Assembly: GCA_002269645.1 (NCBI GenBank)
Contig: NIVC01002896.1
Location: 62,001-126,000, forward strand
Source of the DNA: Macrostomum lignano
Taxonomy: Eukaryota
Direction: 5' to 3'
Length of the DNA stretch: 64,000 nucleotides
This document shows, one piece after another, positions 20,951 through 32,992 of this stretch. How positions within the stretch are numbered: the first letter of the stretch is position 1; every line of letters begins with the position of its first letter. The notes below the pieces were generated by a model that saw only the letters and a list, made by a program, of their open reading frames with translations, was not told the DNA's origin and ran no database searches. A program made the translations under genes and the position numbers.

Positions 20951-23900
20951 AGAAAGATGAATATAGCATTGGCAGTACCATTTTAAGCAATTGTCATATT
21001 TCACTTGCAATTTACATATAGTAACTGATAATATTTCAATTAATAACAAAAAATAGAAACATAATAGTAGTTAAGATGTGATGAGATGGCTAAAACATGT
21101 GTTTTCCAATGTAATGTCACACAAGTTGAATTGAGCATCTAGCATTCAAAACCAGGCTTATGCATTGTTCCTATTAACAGATAGGACTTTAAGACTTATC
21201 ATAGCAAGGGTGGATTCCTTGTTTAGTATAGGCTGTTTAACTTGTATTGATGCAGGTAAAGCCACAAATGATGAAACATGTTGTTTGTCGCAGTTGGTCA
21301 AGTCAATTGTTTGGTAGTCATTTAGATGCCTCATAGGACCAGTTGTAGCAATTTAATTAAATGAGTGAGGCAGAAGGGTGGTTCTAATTCGTGTTTGTTT
21401 TGTTTTGTTATCAAGAAGTCAGAAAAAGAGGTGCTTATCAGCTAGGTTTGCCTGGTGGATATTTATATATATATATAGAGAGAAAATAATGTTGTTCTAG
21501 AAATATGTTTGGGATTATAATAAAGATACAATATTATACTTGTAACATGTTTTGTAACTATAATGAGCAAACACATTTAATAATAATATGGCTAATAATT
21601 AAACTATAAAGTAAATAAAGTTAAAGCATAGAAATAGTTTGTTATGGAAATTTCTAGAGAAATGTAGAAACTTCTTTGACTTAATTTGGAAATTTTACTT
21701 TAGAATATATGAAAGGAAAGGAAACTTATAGAAGTTAGGGACATTGGAATAATGCTAACTAGCAAGATGCTACAGTTGACTGCAACTTACCCAGTCAATA
21801 TTTTTGCTAGTGGAAAGGACATCTATTTCTTCTTCTACAATGCCAACATAAATGTTATTTATTTATTAGTGTTTTAAATATTAACTTTTGTCAAAGTTTA
21901 AATATCTTTTCATTATTTATCATAGTGGCCAAGTTGAAGCAAAGATTCATCTTCAGTGGGACCTAGAAAGCAAAAAGGTAAATTATGACTCCACAATTTT
22001 TTCTATCCTATTGAAGTGCATGCTTTACTTTGATGATTCTAAACTTGTCCCAATAGTAAATATGCCTAATGGAGCTGATTAAAAAATAGAAAATAGTACT
22101 TATATAAAACTAATTCATGATTAAATATACAATTAATCAGTCACATATTAGCTGCAAACAAAACAATAATATTAATTAGGTATAAAAATGTTTTTGAGCA
22201 CTTAGGTAACATTTGCTTTATGTTTAAACAAAAAGAGATATCTAGATCTTGCCACCTTAATGACATATGGGTAGTTAGGTTCAGAATTGAAATAGTATGC
22301 TATTTAAGTAATACAAATACAAAACAAAATTTGCAGTAATACAAAATTACTGCAAAAATACCTGATAGTTTAGATACTAATTTGGACTTCATTTTCTTGT
22401 TGCCATTGAGTAATTGATCAACTATGTAATGCATCAAACAAACAACTATCATGCTGATCTTTAGCTGTAGCAATTAATGGCTTTACAACCTGAGAGATGT
22501 CATGTGTTAATAAAACTTTCTCTTAAAACTAGTAAATGTATAACAATATAACAATATAATAATTTACTATAACAACTAAAGACAAGCATAACTTTTGGCA
22601 ATACTTATGCAGCTGCCCTAAGTAGAAGTGAGTTGCAATCATAGTGCTAAATAGGAAATTGATCATATTTCTCCTCTGTTGAACTATTGAAGTATTCAAT
22701 ATTGATATTTGATGACAACAAGGTTTAGATAATTTTACATGCTTTGATCACTCCAATCTCTATGCATCTACCTTTCTTCTATTTCTTCATTATTGCTAAT
22801 GATCATCATTGCCTTTATCATGTTCTATACCATGACCATTTGCCTCTATTTACTTACTGTATAGATACTTAGTTGTCACATTGCCACTTAATGGCTATTC
22901 TCATATTATCAGTGGTACCCTTGTCATGGCTGGCTTTAGTGAAGCCCCTTTGCTAGCAATAGATACCAATTTGCCATAGACTTGCTTAAGAACTTTATGT
23001 AAGGCTAATAAAAATTGTCTAAAATAGGTTATATATATATAGCAATTGGTATTGCTCTTTGCTATAGCTTAATAAAAGAAAAGCAAATGACATGTCTTAC
23101 TAGTCTATATGCTATAGGTGACACTAATACCCTAGTGACTTGTCACCTGTTTGCAATCCAAAGTAGGTTGGTTATATCTCATTTGTACTTTTTCCATATA
23201 CCTTGCTAAAGTCAATAAGTACCACTAGGGGATACATACTTAGCCAAAATTTATCATGCAAAATTTGCATTCCATAAAGCAGATAATTGCTTCTGCCATT
23301 GATTTTTTGGGTTTATGATGGCAACTTGCAAAAAAGTTAGGTAGGGGTGATCAGTTTGTCATCTAGTTGGCTTCAAGTATTTTAAATGTTTGCTTGGCAT
23401 GTCCAATAGGTTGTATATTTGAGTGCAGTGCAAAGCTCCTTGTGGCACAAGCTTTGCTTGGATATGTATTGCTTTTTCAGTTTGGTTGTTTGAAGTGATA
23501 TGACAATATTTTTACTTTGTTATCAAATTAGCTTGTAATTCCCTATTCATGTTTTACAACATAAGATATAAGGTATTTTTATAACAAAACCAAAACTGTT
23601 AAAAGTGCTACACATTTCTAGACTAAGTTTAGGTTACAAATGTTTTTGAAAATAAAGCTACTATTGATTTTTCCATTGACAGGATTTTTGAAATGTAAGA
23701 CAAATATATATAACATGATATTTATGAGTGAAAAATAGAAGAAAGTTAAGAAAAGCACAATTGATTTAAGCTTGTATATTGATATATTATAGTATTCTGT
23801 TTCACACCTTTGCCATACATTTCTGTTACAATTTTTTAAAATAGAACTTGCAATATCCATCTTGCTCTAGCACAAATCAACACAAACAACATCTAGTTAG

Positions 23901-24164
23901 AAAAGCAAAAAATCTGATGAGATTTTTACATGTGCCCTCTTGTAAGTTAAAGGCCACATGTAATTGCTATAGACTAAGACTGAATGGTCACTTCTGTGCA
24001 TTTCTTTAGTGGAAGATCATCTAGCATGGATGAAGAAATAACCCTGATCACAATAATGTACACAATAAGAAGGAAAAAGATGCTCTCAATCAGCCCTAAT
24101 ATGTCTATGGCTAAACTTTTCATTTAATTGCACAAAAAGATTTTCAGCCTTGGAACACAAGATT

Positions 24165-24918
24165 TAAGTGTCCATTGCTGGGGGTGGCATTTAAGGGTCC
24201 ATGGCTGAGGGTGGCATTTAAGGGTCCATTGCTGAGGTCGGCATTTAAGAATCCATGGCTGATAGTGGCATTTAAAAATCCATGGCTGAGGGTGGCATTT
24301 AAGGATCCATGCCTGAGGGTGGCATTTAAGGATCCATGGCTGAGAGGGGGTGTTAGGGTCCATTGCACTGAGGGTGGCATTTAAGGATCCATGGCTGAGG
24401 GTGGCATTTAAGGATCCAAGGCTGAGAGGGGGTGTTAGGGTCCATTGCACTGAGGGTGGCATTTAAGGAGCCATGGCTGAGGGTGGCATTTAAGGATCCA
24501 TGGCTGAGGGTGGCATTTAAGGATCCATGGCTAAGGGTGGCATTAAAGGATCCATGGCTGAGGGTGGCATTTAAGGATCCATGGCTGAGGGTGGCATTTA
24601 AGGATCCATGGCTAAGGGTGGCATTAAAGGATCCATGGCTGAGGGTGGCATTTAAGGATCCATGGCTGAGGGTGGCATTAAAGGATCCATGGCTGAGGGT
24701 GGCATTTAAGGATCCATGGCTGAGGGTGGCATTTAAGGATCCATGGCTGAGGGTGGCATTTAAGGATCCATGCCTGAGGGTGGCATTTAAGGATCCATGG
24801 CTGAGGGTGGCATTTAAGGATCCATGCCTGAGGGTGGCATTTAAGGATCCATGCCTGAGGGTGGCATTTAAGGATCCATGGCTGAGGGTGGCATTTAAGG
24901 ATCCATGCCTGAGGGTGG
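24165..24918. repeat. 27-bp minisatellite GAGGGTGGCATTTAAGGATCCATGGCT
   Basis: Tandem periodicity of 27 bp. It produces the spurious RVAFKDPWL ORF extension. Confidence 0.97.
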
Positions 24919-25043
24919 AATCACACTGCCATTTAGCATCCTCAGTCCGAATTCGAAATGCCGAAATTGAAGTTGATTTTTCACTGACACGCGCTATGAC
25001 AAAATTAAAATCTATATCAATGCACGCGCCAAAGCTTGCAGCA

Positions 25044-25481
25044 ATGAGGCTGATCACTCCCGAGATCTCCTGGCACGAGACTACGCCAATTTATTCGTGC
25101 GACATTCAGCAGACATTGAACACGGATTCTAACGGCGCCAACGGCTGGTACCGCCTAGCAACAGGCGGTAGGGACAATCGAGTCCAGCTGTGGAAGCTGC
25201 CCGCCGCGGGCGACGCCGTCGTAGAGTTTTTATCGTCGCTGCGTCGACACGAAAAGCCGGTCAATGTGGTCCGATTCTCGCCAGACCAGCGCCTGTTGGC
25301 CAGCGGCTCTGACGATGCCACCGTGCTGTTGTGGGCCCGGCAGGAGGTCCAGCCTGAGCTCCCCGCTCCCTCGGCAGCGGACGAGGATGACCTCGTGTGC
25401 AAGGAGACTTGGACTGTTTGGCGGGCGCTGCGAGCTCACTTGGAGGATGTGTACGATCTGGGATGGATGCCAGACTCCATG
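25044..25481 (+). CDS. CHAF1B: Chromatin assembly factor 1 subunit B (p60/Cac2), exon 1
   Basis: MRLITPEISWHETTPIYSCD matches the characteristic CHAF1B N-terminus (MKxxTxEIxWH). WD40 repeats LATGGRDNRVQLW, VNVVRFSP, LASGSDD, LEDVYDLGW. Donor GTGAGT at 25482, phase 0. Confidence 0.93.
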
Positions 25482-25501
25482 GTGAGTTTGGCTTAACTCA
25501 T

Positions 25502-25720
25502 TGATCCATGAGATTTTGAGTACTCATCCTCAAATTTGATCCATGAGATTTTGAGTACTCATCCTCAAATTTGATCCATGGGATTTCGAGTACTCATCCT
25601 CATATTTGATCTGTTAGATTTTGAGTACTCATCCTCATATTTGATATGTGAGATTTTGAGTACTCATCCTCATATTTGATCTATTAGATTCTGAGTACTC
25701 ATCCTCAAATTTGATCCGTG
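25502..25720. repeat. 35-bp intronic minisatellite (~6 copies)
   Basis: Unit GATCCATGAGATTTTGAGTACTCATCCTCAAATTT with variants, in CHAF1B intron 1. Confidence 0.9.
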
Positions 25721-25827
25721 AGATTTAGAAGCCCCAACCCTCTATTCAATAGAATCTCACGCATTGGCTACCAGTCAAGCGAATAGATTATCAGTGATAA
25801 ATGAGTGAACCTTAACACCCCCCGCAG

Positions 25828-26370
25828 GGCCTCGTGTCCGGCTCAGTTGACCGGTCCATTGTCCGCTGGAACCTGGCCAAAGAGCAGCAGCGCACAATTG
25901 TACGCGAGCACGCCCACTTTGTCCAGGGCATCGCCTGCGATCCCCTCGGACGATTGGTGGCCACCCAGAGCTCGGATCGGACCGTGCGAGTCTACGGTTG
26001 CAGCGCCAGGGCCGTTGTGATAGCCAAGTGCGTCAGGAACACTGAGCAGCAGCAGCAGCAGCAGCAGCAATCCAACAATTATCGCCTATTCGCAGACGAC
26101 AGCTGGAAATCATTCTTTCGCAGGCTGTCATTCTCGCCAGACGGAAAAGTCCTGGCAGCCCCGGCCGGCCTGCATTGGAATGATAATTATTGCGTTCACC
26201 TGTTCGGCAGGGCCAAGCTGGACAAGCCGTTCGCGTCCCTGGTTACCGGCCAGTCCGCGCCCGTTGCTGTGCGTTTCTGTCAGCGCCGATTTGCGCTGGC
26301 TTATCATCCGCAACTGGAGCTGGGCAGGCGCAGGATTCAGCAGGATCTGGTTAAGCTGCCGTATAGATGG
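25828..26370 (+). CDS. CHAF1B: CHAF1B exon 2
   Basis: Acceptor ccgcag at 25827. GLVSGSVDRS, HAHFVQGIACDP, ATQSSDRTVR, LFADDSWKSFFRRLSFSPDG...APAG, LPYRW. Donor GTAAGG at 26371. Confidence 0.93.
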
Positions 26371-26589
26371 GTAAGGCTTTGGTGCGCTTTTATGAGGGCT
26401 GAGGTAGCTATGATTGATCAGCTGACACTTCACAAATCCTTTGCTAATGCTGGGATTTAAGTACTTTGGTGAGGGCGAGATATGAGGATTTAGTTAGTGA
26501 AGGATTTCGTTAGGGAAGGATTTAGATAGTGAAAAATTTAGTTTGTTAAAGATTCAGTTAGTGAAGGATTTAGTTAGTGAAGCATTTAG

Positions 26590-27205
26590 TTAGTGAGAGT
26601 GAGATTTAAGGATTTAGTTAGTGATGGTGAGATTTAAGGATTTGGTTAGTGAGAGTGAGATTTAAGGATTTAGTTAGTGAATGAGAGATTTAAGGATTTA
26701 GTTAGTGATGGTGAGATTTAAGGATTTAGTTAGTGATGGTGAGATTTAAGGATTTAGTTAGTGATGGTGAGATTTAAGGATTTGGTTAGTGATGGTGAGA
26801 TTTAAGGATTTGGTTAGTGATGGTGAGATTTAAGGATTTAGTTAGTGAATGAGAGATTTAAGGATTTAGTTAGTGATGGTGAGATTTAAGGATTTGGTTA
26901 GTGATGGTGAGATTTAAGGATTTGGTTAGTGATAGTGAGATTTAAGGATTTAGTTAGTGAATGAGAGATTTAAGGATTTAGTTAGTGAGGGTAGGATTTA
27001 AGGATTTAGTTAGTAAGGGTGAGATTTAAGGAATTGTTAGTGAGGGTGAGATTTAGGGATTTAGTTAGTGAGGGTGAGATTTAAGGATTTGGTTAGTGAG
27101 GGTGAGATTTAAGGATTTAGTTAGTGAGGGTGAGATTTAAGGATTTAGTTAGTGAGGGTGAGATTTAAGGATTTGGTTAGTGAGGGTGAGATTTAAGGAT
27201 TTAGA
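26590..27205. repeat. 28-bp intronic minisatellite GATTTAGTTAGTGATGGTGAGATTTAAG
   Basis: Tandem periodicity in CHAF1B intron 2, with a degenerate left edge from ~26490. Confidence 0.93.
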
Positions 27206-27314
27206 TAGTTGAGTATGAGCTTCGAGAACTCGCTAGCTATCGTGGGTGAGATCTAAGCATCTCGTAGTCAAGATTCCACTCTAAGCGGGAGCTTCATCCC
27301 AACCCAACGGGCAG

Positions 27315-27993
27315 GTGTTCGCCGTGGTGCTGGAATCCGGGGTGCTCCTGTGCGACACCCAGCATCCGTTCCCCATCGGGGCGCTGCGCAACCTGCACTA
27401 CCAGGCACTGAACGATGCCGCCTGGTCGGCAGACGGCAGCCAGCTGGTGCTGGCTAGCACAGACGGCTACTGTTCCATTGTGCGCTTCGGCGAAGGCGAA
27501 CTCGGCCAGCCGTTTGCCGAGCCGAGAAGGAGAATCTGGACGCTCCGCAGACTCCACTGGCGCCTCCGCCGCCGCCGCCTCCAACGCCGCAGTCGTCGAC
27601 AAAGCCGCCTCAGGCGCCGCCGGCCACCCCGCCAGCTGCTGCCGTCGCCGCCTCTTCCGCTGCTGCGCCCGCAGCCTCACCTGGCGACCCGCTGACACCG
27701 CGGGTCAGAAGCGTCGGGTGCCGTTCGTGACGCTGGCGACGAGCCTGGATGCAGCGTCGGCTGGCGCTGGCGCCAATTCGGCGCCTGGAACGCCGACAAC
27801 AGCGGCGCCAATGACGACAAGTGTAGCTGCCGCCGCTGCACCATCGACAGTTGCCTCGACATCGGCCGCCGGCACTTCCGACAATGTCGACAGTCCGTTG
27901 CGCAAGAAGCGCCGCGTGTCGTTTTTCACTATCAGCTCCTGCGTCGGAAACGGCGGTGGCGGCGGTGGTGGGAGCGGCAGCGAGGGCCAGTGA
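27315..27993 (+). CDS. CHAF1B: CHAF1B exon 3 (contains two apparent 1-bp deletions)
   Basis: Acceptor gggcag at 27314. VFAV...CDTQHPFP...NLHYQALNDAAWSADG...ASTDGYCS...ELG is typical of CHAF1B. The C-terminal KRRVPFVTL / KKRRVSFFTI motifs and TGA 27993 are reached only after frame changes at ~27523 and ~27690. Confidence 0.85.
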
Positions 27994-28614
27994 TATGCTT
28001 AGTGTTTTATCCGAGTGGTCGGTATTTATATGTATATAATACATATTTGTGTATGTATGAGACTTATTAGTGAGCCAACATCTGGCTTCAGCCTGCGGGT
28101 ATTAGGAGAAAACCACTTAGACTGGTTATTATGCATAGGCCATTCGCAAAATATTTTCCTGCAAAGTGCACGATCAACATTGAAGTCCATATAATACTTG
28201 TTTTCCGCATAAATTTAGTTTACAAAACTCGAAACAAACGCTCAATTGCAAGTAGTTAAAGCATTTAAATAATCAATTTGTGTCTAATATTTATGACCAA
28301 TGCATACTCTGCAGCATTTTAAATAGTGCCCATTTGTAGTGAGCTAATCCTTTGGTTAGTATGTTTATAGTCTACACATAGTCAAGCTTTTCTTACCCCT
28401 AATTATAGTGCATCGAATTCTTTTATGTATTTATTGACTTATTACTTTTTCTGTACCCCATCTACCACACCACTGTCACGGCTGCCCAGTTGCGGGCCTA
28501 TGAAATAAAATATTTCATGTCAATTTATTTTTCTATTTGCGCTACTCACTCTCCCGCTGCCCGTGGTGGCCAAGCAAAAATGCCATTTGAGTGTTATCGT
28601 GTGTGCCTACTTTC

Positions 28615-29355
28615 TGCATTCTCATGTCACTGGGGAGGCATTCTCATGTCACTGTAGCGGCATTCTCATGTCACTGTAGCGGCATTCTCATGTCACTGTA
28701 GCGGCATTCTCATGTCACTGGGGAGGCATTCTCATGTCACTGGGGAGGCATTCTCATGTCACTGGGGAGGCATTCTCATGTCACTGTAGCGGCATTCTCA
28801 TGTCACTGGGGAGGCATTCTCATGTCATTGTAGCGGCATTCTCATGTCACTGGGGAGGCATTCTCATGTCACTGGGGAGGCATTCTCATTTCACTGTAGC
28901 GGCATTCTCATGTCACTGTAGCGGCATTCTCATGTCATTGTAGCGGCATTCTCATGTCACTGGGGAGGCATTCTCATGTCACTGGGGAGGCATTCTCATG
29001 TCACTGTAGCGGCATTCTCATGTCACTGTAGCGGCATTCTCATGTCACTGTAGCGGCATTCTCATGTCACTGTAGCGGCATTCTCATGTCACTGTAGCGG
29101 CATTCTCATGTCACTGTAGCGGCATTCTCATGTCACTGTAGCGGCATTCTCATGTCACTGTACGGCATTCTCATGTCACTGTAGCGGCATTCTCATGTCA
29201 CTGTAGCGGCATTCTCATGTCACTGTACGGCATTCTCATGTCACTGTAGCGGCATTCTCATGTCACTGTAGCGGTATTCTCATGTCACTGTAGCGGCATT
29301 CTCATATCACTGTAGCAGAATTCTCATGTCACTGTAGCAGAATTCTCATGTCACT
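28615..29355. repeat. 22-bp minisatellite with two variants CATTCTCATGTCAC-(TGTAGCGG/TGGGGAGG)
   Basis: Tandem periodicity of 22 bp. Confidence 0.96.
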
Positions 29356-29805
29356 AGACAATTATGATTTTTGGCCAGGAAAAGACAGCTATTAAAAAGC
29401 AACAAAGTCAAATTCAGGGCTCTAGCAGAAACAGCTGTTGCAAATCTTGAATTGGGGTTCGATTTTAAAAGCTTCAGACGGGATAAGCCGGTAGCTAGTG
29501 TGAAAGTTCGCAGCATGCTTAACCAGCTCGTACCGGATTAGCAAGCAGTTAAACAAACTTTAGAACCGTAATCGCTTTATCATGGTTTTGTGCCGTTTTT
29601 TAAGCTGGCTAAGTGTGGTAAAATAAAATTTTAAAACCGCTTTTATCGGAAATTATGGTAATCTTGACAACTGGATTCTCTGCTTTCAGATTTCTTGTAT
29701 TTTATTGTCCTGCAAATAATCAGCTGAACTCTTTGATCTGATGCAGTGCTGCGTTTCTTAGTAGATTTGTGGCATTCAGAAGGTTCTATTTAACAGTCAG
29801 ACTAG

Positions 29806-30128
29806 ATCTGTCACACCCATCCCTCACTCCATCTGTCACACCCATCCCTCACTCCATCTGTCACACCCATCCCTCACTCCATCTGTCACACCCATCCCTC
29901 ACTCCATCTGTCACACCCATCCCTCACTCCATCTGTCACACCCATCCCTCACTCCATCTGTCACACCCATCCCTCACTCCATCTGTCACACCCATCCCTC
30001 ACTCCATCTGTCACACCCATCCCTCACTCCATCTGTCACACCCATCCCTCACTCCATCTGTCACACCCATCCCTCACTCCATCTGTCACACCCATCCCTC
30101 ACTCCATCTGTCACACCCATCCCTCACT
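29806..30128. repeat. 25-bp near-perfect minisatellite TCTGTCACACCCATCCCTCACTCCA (~13 copies)
   Basis: Exact tandem copies. Confidence 0.97.
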
Positions 30129-30275
30129 CTATACTATTTATCAAACTTTGGCATGGATTAGCAACTGTATGCGCGAACATGTAAATGGCGCTGGCTGGTG
30201 CTCCTTAGGCAACAGATGCTCAAAGTTGTATTTATTCAGAGCAGAGTTTATTGAATGTCGCCAAGCCGATCAGCC

Positions 30276-30486
30276 TCACTTCTCTGCTGCTCCAGCTGCT
30301 GCAGTCGTGCTAGATTTGGCTTTGCTCTTGTTTCGGCTATCGTTATTGGCTGGCTTGTGTGCGTAGGCAGCTGCGCTGCAACAGCAGCAGCAGAATTCCG
30401 CAGGCTGAGGCGGCGCGGCTGCGGTGCCAGATACACGCAGGCGAGTCGAGTCCCGCAGCGCTGCCGCCTCTCGCTTCCATTTGGTG
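30276..30486 (-). CDS. BARHL: BarH-class homeobox gene, exon 3 (end of helix 3 and C-terminus)
   Basis: Acceptor AG at 30488-30487. Continues the homeodomain as R|TKWKRE; TGA at 30278-30276. AATAAA on the minus strand at ~30247 and ~30230. Confidence 0.85.
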
Positions 30487-30644
30487 CTTGGTTGACAATG
30501 AAATCAGTTTTGGGGTGGGTTTAGGTGCAAGTACAGGGAGGTACTTCTATTGAATTGGATAGCTATGATCACAGATATAATAACTATAATCTGTGGCTAT
30601 GATACACATGAATTTCCCTGTCAGGTATTACACCGAGCTATAGT

Positions 30645-31530
30645 CAAATGGCGCCTCTCTCAACTGAAATGGCGCTTTCCTTAACTGAAATGGCGCTTTC
30701 CTTAACTGAAATGGCGCTTTCCTTAACTGAAATGGCGCCTCTCTCAACTGAAATGGCGCTTTCCTTAACTGAAATGGCGCCTCTCTCAACTGAAATGGCG
30801 CTTTCCTTAACTGAAATGGCGCCTCTCTCAACTGAAATGGCGCTTTCCTTAACTGAAACGGCGCCTCTCTCAACTGAGTTCTTTAGTTCCTTAACTTAAA
30901 AGGGCGCCCTCTAGACTGAAATGGCGCTCTCCTTAATTGAAATGGCGCCTCTCTCAACTGAAATGGCGCTTTCCTTAACTGAAATGGCGCCTCTCTCAAC
31001 TGAAATGGCGCTTTCCTTAACTGAAATGGCGCCTCTCTCAACTGAAATGGCGCTTTCCTTAACTGAAATGGCGCCTCTCTCAACTGAGTTCTTTAGTTCC
31101 TTAACTTAAAAGGGCGCCCTCTGGACTGAAATGGCGCTCTCCTTAATTGAAATGGCGCCTCTCTCAACTGAAATGGCGCTTTCCTTAACTGAAATGGCGC
31201 CTCTCTCAAATGAAATGGCGCTTTCCTTAACTGAAATGGCGCCTCTCTCAACTGAAATGGCGCCTCTCTCAACTGAAATGGCGCTTTCCTTAACTGAAAT
31301 GGCGCCTCTCTCAACTGAGTTCTTTAGTTCCTTAACTTAAAAGGGCGCCCTCTAGACTGAAATGGCGCTCTCCTTAACTGAAATGGCGCCCCTCACCCAA
31401 AATGGCACCCCTCAACTGAAATGGCGCCCCTTCAACTGAAATGGCGCCCTCTCAATAGAACTGGCGCTCCCTCAACTAAAGTAGCGCCCCCTCAGCTGAA
31501 ATAAAGCACCATCAAATGAAATGTCGCCCC
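30645..31530. repeat. 21-bp two-variant minisatellite with higher-order units (intron of the BarH gene)
   Basis: Alternating AACTGAAATGGCGCTTTCCTT / AACTGAAATGGCGCCTCTCTC units. A ~55-bp junction sequence recurs at ~30876, ~31086 and ~31317. Degenerate tail to ~31530. Confidence 0.95.
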
Positions 31531-31697
31531 ACTGCAAGCTTCCCATATTACTGAATCGCAAATCACATTGCGGAATATTTTATACCCTGTGGCACCCTGA
31601 TCTATGGGAGAATAAGTGCAGAAATTTTTAAGGACAAGAACGCGCCGCTAAACTGAACCCCAGTCACCTCGACAGCCCGCATCTGTCGGTCACTCAC

Positions 31698-31947
31698 CGC
31701 CGGTTCTGGTACCAGGTCTTCACCTGGACGTCGCTGAGGCGCAATCCGGCCGCTAGCCGGTTTCGGTCAGCCAGGCTCAGGTATTTCCGCTGGCTGAATG
31801 CTCGCTCGAGTCCACTTAGCTGCGCCTCGGTGAATGCGGTGCGAGCTTTGCGCTGCTTCCGTTGCCATGGCAATGCGGCCGCCACGGTGCCATTAGCTGA
31901 CTTTGATTTCAGCGAAGCGGCTGGTTGATGGATGCGGCGTAGCAATG
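31698..31947 (-). CDS. BARHL: BarH-class homeobox gene, exon 2 (homeodomain)
   Basis: [55 protein letters not shown]: the Bar-class WYQNRR (Tyr49). Donor GTGAGT at 31697. The acceptor at 31948 is weak and was chosen on phase consistency. Confidence 0.9.
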
Positions 31948-31964
31948 CTTTTCATGGGCTGACA

Positions 31965-32632
31965 TGACCATGTGAGCAATGAGCCCTATGAGCACTTGAC
32001 CACCTGAGCAATGAGCCCTATGAGCACTTGACCATGTGAGCAATGAGCCCTATGATCACTTGACCACCTGAGCAATGAACCCTATGAGCACTTGACCACC
32101 TGAGCAATGAGCTCTATGAGCACTTGACCATGTGAGCAATGAGCCCTATGAGCACTTGACCATGTGAGCAATGAGCCCTATGAGCACTTGACCATGTGAG
32201 CAATGAGCCCTATGAGCACTTGACCATGTGAGCAATGAGCCCTATGAGCACTTGACCACCTGAGCAATGAGCCCTATGAGCACTTGACCACCTGAGCAAT
32301 GAGCCCTATGAGCACTTGACCATGTGAGCAATGAGCCCTATGAGCACTTGACCATGTGAGCAATGAGCCCTTTGAGCACTTGACCATGTGAGTAATGAGC
32401 CCTATGAGCACTTGACCATGTGAGCAATGAGCCCTATGAGCACTTGACCATGTGAGCAATGAGCCCTATGAGCACGACCATGTGAGCAATGAGCCCTATG
32501 AGCACTTGACCATGTGAGTAATGAGCCCTATGAGCACTTGACCATGTGAGCAATGAGCCCTATGAGCACTTGACCACCTGAGCAATGAGCCCTATGAGCA
32601 CTTGACCACCTGAGCAATGAGCCCTATGAGCA
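31965..32632. repeat. 32-bp intronic minisatellite CACTTGACCATGTGAGCAATGAGCCCTATGAG
   Basis: Tandem periodicity of 32 bp, with ACCT/ATGT variants. Confidence 0.96.
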
Positions 32633-32829
32633 TTTGGACAATCATTCTACAAGCATATTGGGAGGGTTTGACATCCTAAGCGATTAATTCTCTTTGAGCG
32701 ATAGGAAAGAGATCTGAAACTTTGATAATTCTTCTATTTGAAGCATAATCCTTGATCTTTCCTTTGCTATTTGCTCATCCATCAGAGCTTGTAAATTGAC
32801 CAATAATCAGAACCAGAGATGTAACTCAC

Positions 32830-32992
32830 CGGTACGCCATGCTGTACTGTCGGCCTCGTCCAGCAGATCCTTGATCATGAAGCTCCGCTTTCTTTGGCCC
32901 GACTGCCGCTTCATCTGGTCACCGCTATTCGCGGCTGTCTTTTCAAGACTCTGCTGCATTTTGTCCTTGACAGACTGGGACTGCAATGCCAT
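32830..32992 (-). CDS. BARHL: BarH-class homeobox gene, exon 1 (eh1/Groucho-binding motif)
   Basis: ATG at 32992. SFMIKDLL fits the eh1 (FxIxxIL) motif typical of BarH proteins. Donor G|GTGAGT at 32829. The three exons total 624 nt = 207 aa + stop. Confidence 0.75.

Larger units (their letters stand above)
15950..24150. other. CpG-void, TpA/TpG-rich block of hypermutated transposon relics
   Basis: About 12 CG dinucleotides counted by eye in ~8.2 kb, none after ~21.4 kb. Flanking DNA and other AT-rich stretches (e.g. 57.4-58.2 kb) retain frequent CG. Confidence 0.92.

Noticed and set aside
15950-24150. Bacterial, viral or organellar insert as the explanation of the AT-rich block
   Set aside because: No intact ORFs or operon structure. 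It contains a spliceosomal intron and decayed versions of TE termini found intact elsewhere in this window. A chimeric join cannot be fully excluded without reads.
24432-25043. N-terminal (RVAFKDPWL)n extension of CHAF1B
   Set aside because: An in-frame minisatellite upstream of the conserved start at 25044, with no ATG-initiated support.
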